Source of the DNA: Carpediemonas membranifera BICM
Taxonomy: Eukaryota; Protista; Fornicata
Assembly (NCBI GenBank): GCA_019828565.1
Contig: JAHDYR010000032.1
Location: 62,001 to 126,000 of the forward strand
Direction of reading: 5' to 3'
Length of the DNA: 64,000 nt
Shown here: positions 1 to 9,876 of the stretch, piece after piece
Numbering within the stretch: position 1 is the stretch's first letter
Layout: each line of letters starts with the position of its first letter
Program-made: the position numbers and the translations under genes
The notes under the pieces: model-generated
The model's database searches: none
Told to the model about the DNA's origin: nothing
The model's input: the letters and a program-made list of their open reading frames with translations, nothing else

Positions 1-706
1 GGAGATGCTGCAGCTCTTCCACCGCGTATCGTCCCGCGAGCACTTCATCGGGTGGTACAGCACGGGCAGCTCGCTCTTGGGACATGATATGCGCATCCAT
101 GACCTCTTCACGCACGATGCGAGCGACCCCCTCTACCTCCTGGTCGACATCCAGAGCGGCTCGCCGTTCCTGCCCCTCTCGGCCTACGTCTGCCGCAACA
201 ACGACGGTGAGAAGGTGTTCAAGCACGTCAACTACAACATAGGCTACCTCGAGGCCGAGGCCATCGGCGTGGAGCATCTTCTGCGAGACATCCTCCAGTT
301 CAAGCACCTTCCCATGGCCGCACAGGTCGAGAAGAAGGTGTCCGCACTCGCCGCGTTCAAGCGGTGCATGCATGAGGTGCTGGAATACATGAATCTCGTC
401 GTGGAGGGCAAGCTGCCACTCAATCAACAGATTAACATGTTGATCCAGGAGATCTTCTGCATCCTGCCCAACAGCGAGGATAAGCAGCTCATCGCAGCCG
501 TGAACGAGCGGATGAATGACTTCTACCTCTCGCTCTTCATCTCGTCGCTCGTGAGATCAGTCACCGCGTGCCACCGTTTGATTGACAATTTGATCGAATA
601 TCACGAGGACGGCAAGGTCATTGAGCACGAGAAGCCCAAGGCCGTCGTCCTGGCGGAGGGCGAGGGCGAGGTGCCCCACGTGGGAACGACGGCGGAGAGC
701 GCCTGA
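1..706 (+). CDS. RPN8: 26S proteasome lid subunit Rpn8/PSMD7 (MPN- domain), 5' part outside window
   Basis: Motifs IGWYSTG, EAEAIGVEHLLRDI, GKLPLNQQI and SSLVRSVTACHRLIDN match the Rpn8/PSMD7 family. Confidence 0.9.
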   Translation, partial: EMLQLFHRVSSREHFIGWYSTGSSLLGHDMRIHDLFTHDASDPLYLLVDIQSGSPFLPLSAYVCRNNDGEKVFKHVNYNIGYLEAEAIGVEHLLRDILQFKHLPMAAQVEKKVSALAAFKRCMHEVLEYMNLVVEGKLPLNQQINMLIQEIFCILPNSEDKQLIAAVNERMNDFYLSLFISSLVRSVTACHRLIDNLIEYHEDGKVIEHEKPKAVVLAEGEGEVPHVGTTAESA

Positions 707-984
707 TGAGTGCTGGATGAATGTAAATTGATCCTGCTAGCACTGGAACTCCGCTTGTAACCGTATCTTCGTGTTCAGATGACCTGGAAAATAATTTTGA
801 GACCGGTGACTGTGAGGAGTCGACTCCGGCAAGGAGGGTGTCTTGGGCAGTCATGGTCCGCGTGCGACGGCCCAAAGCCTGTGTACTGGGAAGCGAGGGG
901 GACTATCACGGCGGCGATTCCCACCACTACTGGGGTGTCAACTGTGGCGGGTTTGCCCGGACAACGGACGGAGCACGTATTTGA

Positions 985-2439
985 ATGAGCGATGACGGCC
1001 AAACATGCCCGGCATGCCAGAATAAGCTTGAGAAACCAATGATACTGACTTGCGGACATGTATTCTGCAAGCGATGTCTCCGCGCGGCAATGCGTCGTGT
1101 TTCGGGTGATTCCTCCGTCCCCAAATGCCCGCTGTGCAGGACACCCATCACAATCAAGCCCATTCCCATCGACGGCTTCGTAGACAAGGTTCTAGCTGCC
1201 GCTGTGCCGCCCAAGCCCGAGCCCGAGCCTGAGGCTCGCTCGAGAACGGCTTCCCTGGATGTGATCGAGCTAGACCTCGAGGACCTTCTTAGACCGCCAG
1301 TCCGCCCGAAGGAGTCCAAGCATCGTGTGCCCGAGAAGCACATTGGCGCAGTGGGTGGCACGCTCGACACGATGACGGCATGGAAGGCGCGGCTGGACCG
1401 GCATGGAATCAAGATGAGCTGGATCACACCAACAGGCAAGGACGCTGCCCAGCGCGCCCATGTACGTGCGTTCTTTGGGCACTACCGAGACCTGCACAAC
1501 GCGGAGATCGACGCGTGTGAACACGCGGCCAGGACACCTATTCGGACGCTCGTGCGGCAGGCATGGTCAAAGACGGTCAACGGGGGCCGCCAGACGACGT
1601 GGAAGTCGAACCCCCAGTCCCCCGAGGCCGCTACGTCTGCAGCAGCGTCTGCTGCGGTCACACCCGCCGCACAGCCTGCACGCCATGACATGGCACTGAG
1701 CGAGGGCACAGCGCCCCTAACCGCGGATGACCTGGGGGCGTACGGCCGGCTCGCCCGCCGTGCACTGCGGCGCCAGACCGAAGCAAGGATCCGATCAGAG
1801 ATGCGGACCGGATTTGACCGACTCCTCGCAAGTCAGGCGGATGCCGGCATGTGTGCCGCGTGTGTCAGCCGTCTGCGGGATCTGGTGTCGAACGGCGGGA
1901 TCCTCGACCGCGCGGTGAAGGCGGCCACGGCCGTTGGTGACTTCGCCCAGCACGAGGCGAGCCAGCGGGCTGACGAAGAGACTCGGGACAGGGCAGTCGA
2001 CGCGACGGTGGCCATGACCGACGCCCAGGTTGAGACGACCGTGGCAGAGGGCGTCGCCGTGCTGCCCGCCGCCCCACCGGCCCGATACAGCCGGGCCGTG
2101 CAGACGACGGTCCTGCTCCAGGGCGCGTTGGGCCGGACGAAGACCAGCCTGACCCCCAACCGGACGCCCATGAAGCCCGGGGCCCGCCGTCCGGCCCGGG
2201 ACCCCGAGCCGATGGCCGATCCTGGGCCGGTGCCCGCTGGGATCCACGTTTATTACTCAGACCTGCTCGGACGGCATATATACGTCAACGAGGAGACCGG
2301 CGTGGCTACATTGAAGAGGCAGTCCACGGAGCATAACCGGACGGTGCGTGAGGCGGACACCCTCGACCACATCGCCGGGGTCGACTACAGGTCGAGGCCA
2401 CAGGCGGAGACGGGGGCGGGGGATATTGAAATCGACTGA
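985..2439 (+). CDS. RING-finger E3 ligase, RAD18-like
   Basis: N-terminal C3HC4 RING (CPAC...CGHVFCKRC...CPLC). The segment LDRHGI...GKD...RAH..FF..Y..LHNAEID resembles the RAD18 SAP-adjacent region. Confidence 0.6.
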   Translation: MSDDGQTCPACQNKLEKPMILTCGHVFCKRCLRAAMRRVSGDSSVPKCPLCRTPITIKPIPIDGFVDKVLAAAVPPKPEPEPEARSRTASLDVIELDLEDLLRPPVRPKESKHRVPEKHIGAVGGTLDTMTAWKARLDRHGIKMSWITPTGKDAAQRAHVRAFFGHYRDLHNAEIDACEHAARTPIRTLVRQAWSKTVNGGRQTTWKSNPQSPEAATSAAASAAVTPAAQPARHDMALSEGTAPLTADDLGAYGRLARRALRRQTEARIRSEMRTGFDRLLASQADAGMCAACVSRLRDLVSNGGILDRAVKAATAVGDFAQHEASQRADEETRDRAVDATVAMTDAQVETTVAEGVAVLPAAPPARYSRAVQTTVLLQGALGRTKTSLTPNRTPMKPGARRPARDPEPMADPGPVPAGIHVYYSDLLGRHIYVNEETGVATLKRQSTEHNRTVREADTLDHIAGVDYRSRPQAETGAGDIEID

Positions 2440-2449
2440 GCCAGCTGCG

Positions 2450-3490
2450 TCGTCTGCTGGGCTGCTGTCCATGTTGTCCTGGTCCTGCAAGGCGGCACTG
2501 TTGTTGCTGTTTGTGGCCCGCCGCGTGTAGAATATAGAATTACCAGCCGTCTCTGGGACGGCGTGTGGTTGTCCGGCGTCATTACTGCCTTGCTCGACGT
2601 CCGCTGACTCGGCCGACTCGTGTAGTGCGCCCCAACCTGGTTCGCCGTCTCGATCGCACTCGCTGTAAACGTTACCATTCCTTCTTCGAGCCGGAAACCC
2701 GCCTTATGGAATGACCCGAGGAAATGGGAGTGGGTCGAGGCCAGCAAGACGTTGTTCAGGTAGTCATTAAACACCCGCAGCCATCTATTGAGCGTCTGTG
2801 TGGGGTTGTCTCGTCAGGGTGGCGAGGTGCGGGAAGTCTCGGGTTCGAGCATCTGGGTCAGGTCGAGTGGGAAGAGGGTCGTCTGGTTGAGACGAGCGAC
2901 ACCGACGACGGCAGATGTGCCATCCTCGCTCTCGGCCAGGATGTGCTCTAGGTAGGCGGTGGTGACCTCGCCTGTGAGGGTGACCCTCGTCCAAGTTGTG
3001 GGGGTCTTGGCTAGCAGGGGAGAGACAATTGAGGCGGCACCGGTCCTGATGAGCCCGGTAGGCGGCCGCATCGCGGCCGCGGTTGCGCCGCGGCAGTGCT
3101 CTTCGAGCGCGCAAGAGATGTTGCGGTCGGCTTCCTCCTGCAGAGCAGCGGTAGAGAGGGCCGACCAGTGGTTCGCCGTCCTCGCGGGTGGCAACCCGGA
3201 TTTGTTCCGCTTAGCCTTCGGCGCTCTGCGCCTTGGGCTGGCTTGGACTGACGTCGCTCGTGTCAGTGCAGCAAGATTCTGTGATCGACGAGCGCCTTAC
3301 CTGGGCTGGACCGGGCAAGGCGGCGGAGCACTGCCTCGGCGAGGAAGGTTCGAAGGTCGTCGTCGGGTTAGTAACGCTTAGACCGTGAGGCTGAGGCCCA
3401 GCCCGAGGAGGAGGGCGACGTTGATATGGAGTAAACCCAGATAGGTCGCTTCCTGCCACACTTGCCAGACCCGGGGTTGCCGTGCATTTT
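2450..3490 (-). CDS. hypothetical protein(s), probably spliced
   Basis: Consecutive minus-strand ORFs 3211-3459, 2814-3194 and 2385-2774 fill the gap between two + strand genes. No recognisable domain. Confidence 0.3.
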
Positions 3491-3522
3491 ATGGCAGAAA
3501 TTGACTTGCCAGTACAGCCACC

Positions 3523-4993
3523 ATGGACTTTGGAGAGGTTATTGGCGAGGTCGAGCTGGAAGAGTACGTGTTATGTCTGCGGGATTGTTACTCAGCATCA
3601 TCAAAAACCTGCGGGCGTTTACGTTGACACAGTATGGCTCTAAAACGACCGAGAGGAGCATCAACTGGTGGACACAGCACGAGAGGATCCAGCGCTTGAA
3701 TGTCCGCGCCCATCAGGATGTCGTTGCGAAGCGCGAGGAGCTCGTCACGCGGTATTTCGTCCACTGTCTTCAGGCTACCGCAAGCTCGGCGTCCTCATCC
3801 GCGAGCTCACCGCTGCGGCGATGGTCCGGGCCCACGTGCTAAGCAGCACGTCAGAGGTGATCGGCAAGGAGCTGGCGTCGCTGCCCGTCACGCGCATCTA
3901 CCTCCTGCTCTACCACGAGCTCTGCCTCGCTAACCTCCTCGAGGCCGTGCTCGACGACCAAAACGCCTTCGACGCGCTCGAGAAGACCGACCTGATCTCG
4001 CTGGCGGACTGGGCCGTAGCTCAAGTGCAATGGCTGGCGTCTGGGACAATAGAGTGGGACGACAACGACTTCCTGCACGGCAAGCGGTCAACCACTGGTG
4101 ACAGCGGGCTGGACGCCAAGTCGTACCCGTCCGAATCGCCGCGTGTCCAGCTGGCTCGTATGGTGAAGGAGACCCGATTCGAGTGCGCCATGTGCGCCCT
4201 TTCCGCGCTGCGCTACCTGGCCACGGCCATGTCGCAGCCGGCCCAGTTCGAGCTGAAGCGCCACCTCATGGCGGAGTGCCATCTTCTCTCGCTTGTCCGC
4301 CCGCTCGTTGAGAAGAAGCCGTGGCGCCGCGAGACGACGTTCAAGGGTCAGAGCAAGGCGTATGAGCACTTCCAGGCCGGCCAGTGGACCGAGCTCCGCG
4401 CGGTACAGCGGCAGGAGGTCACGCTGCCAGAGGTGCAGGCGTGGCTCGTGCTCTGGGCGATCGCGGCGTCGCAGTGGTTCAACGAGGACAACATGACCGA
4501 GCGCGACAGGGAGGAGCTCGTGTACATCGGCAAGAGCCTCCTCACGCCCCGCGTCATCCAGAAGATCGAGGCGATGCGCGACGTGAAGACGCAGCTGACC
4601 GCGCTCGAGATGCAGAGCAATCTGCCTCAGGCCAAGCCGCGCGACAGCTTCTTCCAGATCCATGAGATCGACGTCATGACTGCGCGCAAGGCGCTGCTCG
4701 AGGAGTTCGAGGAGGAGCTCGGCCCCTTCACCGCAGAGAAGCTCGCCGCGAAGGTCGAGGCGAATCTGAAGGCGATCAGCCACAACGACGACCTCAAGGC
4801 GCTCGGTCAGCTCTACGGCGGCGATGACTTCTCCTCGGTTGCCGAGGTCGACCGATGCGCATGCTGCGGCAGCACCGAGGGCATCAGCGGCAAGCTGCTG
4901 CGGTGCTCGCGGTGCAAAAAGGTCATGTACTGCTCGCGAGAGTGCCAGAAGGCCGACTGGAAGAGGCACAAGCTCGTGTGCGCCAAGGTGTAA
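3523..4993 (+). CDS. ZMYND10: zinc finger MYND domain protein 10 (dynein arm assembly factor)
   Basis: N-terminal WWTQHERIQRLN, LYHELCLANLLEAVL, EVQAWL and C-terminal MYND finger CACC...RCSRCKKVMYCSRECQKADWKRHKLVC. Probable 32-nt intron 3564-3595 (GTACGT...CTCAG). One unresolved frame change near 3750-3775. Confidence 0.85.
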
Positions 4994-5199
4994 ATTATCG
5001 GCAGGCCCTCTGTATTGTGTTCGTTCCGGCGCCCAGAAAGAAAGAACGCAATTTATGCTTGCTTGGTACCAGGCCCCGGTTACTTGGGCTGAGTCCCCAT
5101 TATCCTGGAGCCAGGTTCCCCGGGTGTTCCGGCGCCCACACTTTTTTCTCCATCTTTTTTTCATGCAAAAAAGATCAGCCTGCGAGAGTACTTGAAACT

Positions 5200-5718
5200 A
5201 TGCGCCAATTCACCGTTATCGGTCGTGCTGCTCCCACTGAGGAGACCCCTGTTACCCCTATCTACCGTATGCGTATCTTCGCACGTGACGAGGTTGTCGC
5301 TCGTTCCCGTTTCTGGTACTTCATGCGCAAGCTCCAGAAGCTCAAGCGCGTTAACGGCCAGCTTCTTGAATGCAAGGAGATCTTTGAGGCTCGCCCTACT
5401 GTTGCTCGTAACTATGGTGTTTGGGTGAAGTATGATTCCCGTACAAACACTCACAACATCTACAAGGAATTCCGTGATGTTTCTGCTGTTGATGCTGCTA
5501 AGCACCTTTATTCTGATATGGCTGGTCGCCACAGCTCTCGTTTCAGCAACATCCAGATTGTGAAGCTCGCCGAAATCTCTGCTTCTGAGTGCAAGCGGCC
5601 TACGACGACTGCCTTCCACAAGAGCAACCTCCGCTTCCCCCAGCCTATCCGTAAGCCCGTTAGGACCGAGAAGAAGCACCGCACCGTCTTCCAGGCTTCC
5701 CGCCCCAAGATCTTCTAA
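5200..5718 (+). CDS. RPL18A: 60S ribosomal protein L18a (eL20)
   Basis: MRQFTVIGRAAP...IYRMRIFA...ARSRFWYF...YDSRTNTHNIYKEFRD...DMAGRH; strong highly-expressed codon bias. Confidence 0.96.
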   Translation: MRQFTVIGRAAPTEETPVTPIYRMRIFARDEVVARSRFWYFMRKLQKLKRVNGQLLECKEIFEARPTVARNYGVWVKYDSRTNTHNIYKEFRDVSAVDAAKHLYSDMAGRHSSRFSNIQIVKLAEISASECKRPTTTAFHKSNLRFPQPIRKPVRTEKKHRTVFQASRPKIF

Positions 5719-5998
5719 GTGCTGTTAAACACTCCGTCCCAGTTCTTTTATTTTTGTGTCTGGACATTTGTCGTGGTCCGGAGTCCGGGTCGTGCTCAGT
5801 CCCGCTGTCTGAGCGTTCGAGTCGAGATGTGTCACGGCGGACCTGTAAACAAGGGAGCCTGGCAAGATCATGCTCGACATGGGATAATGAACCCTTTGAA
5901 GGCCTCTTCGAAGGCCCTCTTTACCGACAGCGCGCGGCAATTGTCGCTAGCATCGCAAGAGCGCACCAGAGTACTTTGCGTATTACACAAAGTACCAA

Positions 5999-8773
5999 AT
6001 GTCCGACGGCGTGATCACAGACTATAGCGTTTGTGGGACGCAATTAACAAGCGTACACTATGAAAATGCGATAGAATTGGCAGCTCTCGCCGTTGTAGAC
6101 AACGGGCTGATCCTAGGGACGACAAACGGCAGCCTACACAGCCTGACGCTCCCAAAGGTCTTATCTGGGAAGAAAATTATGCCTGAAATCTCTAACTTTG
6201 AGATTATTGGTGGAAACGCCACCATCAAGACCATGTGCGCCTTCCCACAGATCGGGAAGGTCCTTGTTGGCGTGCTCAACGTTGACGGCGCGTCAATGCG
6301 CTTTGCCCTGCACAAGCTGAAGGACCTGAAGAGTGCAGGCAGTGTTCGGATGGCCGAGGAGAGCTCCCTCGTCGCATATGACCAGGCTGGCGTCCGCTTC
6401 GCCGTGCTGACCAGCGACTCCAAGCAGCCGACCATCCGCGTCTTCACACAGGCCAAGGGCAGCTTCAGCATGGCGTGGAGCGTCCAGCTGGAGGACCACC
6501 ACGTGACGTCTGTCAACCATATCGAGTTCCAGGACAACCACGTCATCGTATCGGGCCAGGTGAACGGGATGGCGGGGTACGCCCGCCTGTCCGTGGCCGA
6601 CAGCGGGCCCCAAGTCACCATGATCTGCACGTACACAGACACGCCGCACTTCGGGATCCTGTCGCGACGGGACGTCTGGACGTTCGTCGACGCGGACTTC
6701 GCGACGGTGTGGTCGGCGGAGGCGGCGTACTACAAGCCGAACTCCCAGATCGACCGGCTCGTTATCGAGGACCTGGGCTCGTTCATCCCAGTGTACCGCG
6801 TGCTAGACGGTCTTGTCGGCGTCTCGTGCGGTGTCGACGGGTCTGATTATCTGTCGTTCACGTCGTTCAGCATCAAGGCGTCCCCCACACACCGCATGCC
6901 CCTCCCCCACACGCCCAAGTTCCTCAGTCTCGTGCCCGAGGAGGCTATCCCCGATAGCGTCGCCATTGGCCCCAAGCACCTCGCCCCCCCGGGCACCATG
7001 CTCGGGGCTGTCCTCACAGCTGGCGGCATACAGCTCATCGTCCGCAGTGACGTCCCCGTCCAGATCCGGGCGCTGCTGGGCGGGTTCTTCAGCCCGGCGG
7101 TGACCTCGGACCAGCGCTGGGACCGCCTCGACGCCGCCACAGGCCTGCTGGCCCACGCCGTGGCGAAGGACTGGGTCAACGAGACCGATGCCCGCGCGGT
7201 TCGGCTGCTGGTCGGGCTGCACCACCTCGCCGTGGGCCGGTACGACCCCGCCTTCCCCATGATCGCCGAGTCGACCGTTTCCCCGGTGGCGTTCGTCGAC
7301 TTCCTGGCGCTCGGCGAGCACATGGACCGGGACGGCTGGGCGGACAGCTCGGACATCCCCCCGCAGTTCAGGGTGGACTCCGTGGACCTGTTGGCCATGA
7401 GCGGGGCCGAGGACTGCCCCACGCCGACGGACCCCGCCATCTCGCTCGCACTGATCTCCTTCATCCGCGACGCCCTCGAGGACGGCACGCTCGACGACCA
7501 CATCGCGCAGTTTATGGTGCGGCAGCTCTTCTTGAGGCACGTCATCCTCGGACAGACATCCGAGGCCGAGGACCTCATCGCAGATAGCGGCCCCTTCCTC
7601 CTGCAGCCACACGTCGAGCAGCTCCTGTCGGACTGGGGGCGGCACGACATGATCGGCTTCCTCTACCAGGACTCTGACCCCCGTCGGGCAATGCAGCTGT
7701 GGTGCCGCGACCCCCGCCACCGCGCGGGTCTGGTCATGTCGGAGCTGCGGAAGGGCGTGATCGAGCCCTGGGAGTTCGTCCACAGCCTTGCCGCCGTCGT
7801 CCCGGCTGAGCTAGCGTGGTTGCTGCACGCCCGGAACGTCGGCCTGGGCGAACTCGGTGACCGTCTAGCCGAGGTGCCGCCATCCGTGGTGTCCCAGTAC
7901 TATGACATCTCCCTGACGCCCTCCACACGTGACCGGAACGTCGTCACCAGGGACGGGACCATGTTGCCCCGGTTTGCGGTGCGGGTCGCCACGGCCATCG
8001 TCCGGGACAAGGGCAAGTTCCTGGCGGGGGCGGACGCTGACCCGCCGCCGCATAGCTGGTACTGCAAGGAGGGCGACGACTTCCTCGCCACCAAGCTGTT
8101 GAGGTCGAGCAAGATCAAGCGGCGTTTCATTGAGTCGGACCTGGCCCAGCTGATCAAGTCGTACTCGCAGCCCGACAGGCGCGGGGTCTCCCTCCAGGCG
8201 GCCATCTTCGAGGCGTACCGGCGGCTCAAGGACCACGGTGTCGTCATCGAGCTGCTGAGCGACAACGTCACCGACGCCATCGAGTACTGTCTCGCCGTTA
8301 CTGATGATCCCGCCCACAAGAAGAAGAACGAGCGGATCCGGCAGCTGCTGGTGTTCTACATCAACTCAGGCCGCACCCCCGACGAGCTTGGTGCGATCAT
8401 CCGGCAGACGCTGGCGGCACACCCCCTATTCCCCCTCAAGTCCGTGCTCGACCAGGTCCCGCGGTTCCCCCTCAGCGGCCTCACACAGTACCTCGGGACG
8501 GTCTTCCGGACGCTGGAGAGCAGGGCGGACGAAAGCACCATGGCCGCTGCCCGACTGAGATCGACTCTGAGGCTCGCGAAGGCGGAGAAGACCACGCTCA
8601 ACCGGCAGAGCGTCGAGGTCGACACGGACTCGACGCTGTGCGGCCTGTGCCACCGCCCCCTGCTGACCCCGATGCTGGCGTTCGACCCGACCAGCAGCGG
8701 CGTGTACCATCTCGTGTGTTGGGACAGGCTCCAGGAGCAGCGGTCCCGGCCGAAGGTCAACCTCAATTTCTAG
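5999..8773 (+). CDS. Vps39/Vam6-TGFBRAP1-like vacuolar tethering protein
   Basis: 924 aa. N-terminal beta-rich CNH-like region (LILGTTNGSL), helical middle, C-terminal Vps39_2-type CGLCHRPL...GVYHLVC after a coiled coil. Confidence 0.65.
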   Translation: MSDGVITDYSVCGTQLTSVHYENAIELAALAVVDNGLILGTTNGSLHSLTLPKVLSGKKIMPEISNFEIIGGNATIKTMCAFPQIGKVLVGVLNVDGASMRFALHKLKDLKSAGSVRMAEESSLVAYDQAGVRFAVLTSDSKQPTIRVFTQAKGSFSMAWSVQLEDHHVTSVNHIEFQDNHVIVSGQVNGMAGYARLSVADSGPQVTMICTYTDTPHFGILSRRDVWTFVDADFATVWSAEAAYYKPNSQIDRLVIEDLGSFIPVYRVLDGLVGVSCGVDGSDYLSFTSFSIKASPTHRMPLPHTPKFLSLVPEEAIPDSVAIGPKHLAPPGTMLGAVLTAGGIQLIVRSDVPVQIRALLGGFFSPAVTSDQRWDRLDAATGLLAHAVAKDWVNETDARAVRLLVGLHHLAVGRYDPAFPMIAESTVSPVAFVDFLALGEHMDRDGWADSSDIPPQFRVDSVDLLAMSGAEDCPTPTDPAISLALISFIRDALEDGTLDDHIAQFMVRQLFLRHVILGQTSEAEDLIADSGPFLLQPHVEQLLSDWGRHDMIGFLYQDSDPRRAMQLWCRDPRHRAGLVMSELRKGVIEPWEFVHSLAAVVPAELAWLLHARNVGLGELGDRLAEVPPSVVSQYYDISLTPSTRDRNVVTRDGTMLPRFAVRVATAIVRDKGKFLAGADADPPPHSWYCKEGDDFLATKLLRSSKIKRRFIESDLAQLIKSYSQPDRRGVSLQAAIFEAYRRLKDHGVVIELLSDNVTDAIEYCLAVTDDPAHKKKNERIRQLLVFYINSGRTPDELGAIIRQTLAAHPLFPLKSVLDQVPRFPLSGLTQYLGTVFRTLESRADESTMAAARLRSTLRLAKAEKTTLNRQSVEVDTDSTLCGLCHRPLLTPMLAFDPTSSGVYHLVCWDRLQEQRSRPKVNLNF

Positions 8774-8816
8774 ATAAACTTATGCTACAACGGCCACACG
8801 GCAGTAGTTGAGAATA

Positions 8817-9765
8817 TTGCCCGTTAAATAAAAAATAGACTTATCGCTAAATGCATGTGAAATTACGCACAAATTAGCTAATTACATAAATGGGAAATGC
8901 GCAACAATTGCCAATGGCCTATAGCCCTGTTGATGTCGGAATTATTGTTGGTACGTTTAGAAGAGTAGGGCAGAAGATCAGTGGCTGCACTGAGAGAGAG
9001 TTTTCCAGCGCTGAGCGATCACACAGTGAAGAAGTTCATTGAGCAGTGTGACGCCGGTAAGTCAGTAGTTCCCATAAATCAGTCTCCACGTCCTCAACTC
9101 ATTGCCATGAAGGCATTCGTCACCAGGTATGCGCATAGAAACGACTTCTTCCTCTGTGAGATCGTGGAAGAGCTTGAGCGTGTTTACAAGGTGCGTTGAT
9201 CCGAGACGACAGTCTGCCGCTGGCTTAAGGAGGCTGGCTTGAAGCGGAAAGTCGCTGAGACACGCTGGATAGGGACAGATGTCCCAGCAATGCGAGCGTT
9301 CATCGCCACTCTAGCCGTAATGATCCCGGCAGACGCTACGCCAGACGTTGTCTTCCTCGACGAGGTGCACATAGAGCCTCGTGATGTGTGGCGGTCCACT
9401 GTGTGGCTCCAGGGCGGAGAGCGCTTCTATCGCCGGACGCCGACTGGTGCTACCCAGAGGTTCAGCGTACTGCTGTTCTGGACAGTGAGAGGCCCTCAGA
9501 GGTTGTTCATCACTTCTAATACTTGGGATGCAGCCGCGTTTGCCGCTATGTTGCTCGAGTTCATCCACACAAGCAGTGCACGGTACATCATCATGGATAA
9601 TGCACCTATCCACAAGGAAACTGATGTTTTCGTCAACAAGAACGGCGAAGAAGTACGTCTTCTATTCATGCCACCATATAGTCCTGTTCTTAACCCATGC
9701 GAACACGTTCTCGCATGGGTGAAAGCTAGAATGCGCACTTTAAGACTTCTTCCGGATGATGAAAG
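8817..9765 (+). mobile_element. T1: Tc1/IS630-like DD34E transposon, left part (transposase pseudogene), cut by LTR element A
   Basis: FLDE...IIMDNAPIH...PPYSPVLNPCE with 34 residues between the second D and E; in-frame TGA at 9197-9199. Putative left end TA|TTGCCCG at 8817 is inferred by analogy with T2/T3, whose ends start TA|TTG. Confidence 0.8.
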
Positions 9766-9876
9766 TGTCAGTCAGTACAATTTAAGAACATTTATGGATT
9801 GACTTCGACACCCCTGTGTCGAAGTCTTTTCCCCCAGTAAAACAGGTATAGTCAAACCACAGTAATATTACTTCAA

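Noticed and set aside
4855-5199. N-terminal extension of RPL18A
   Set aside because: Overlaps ZMYND10 and intergenic DNA; family homology starts at ATG 5200.
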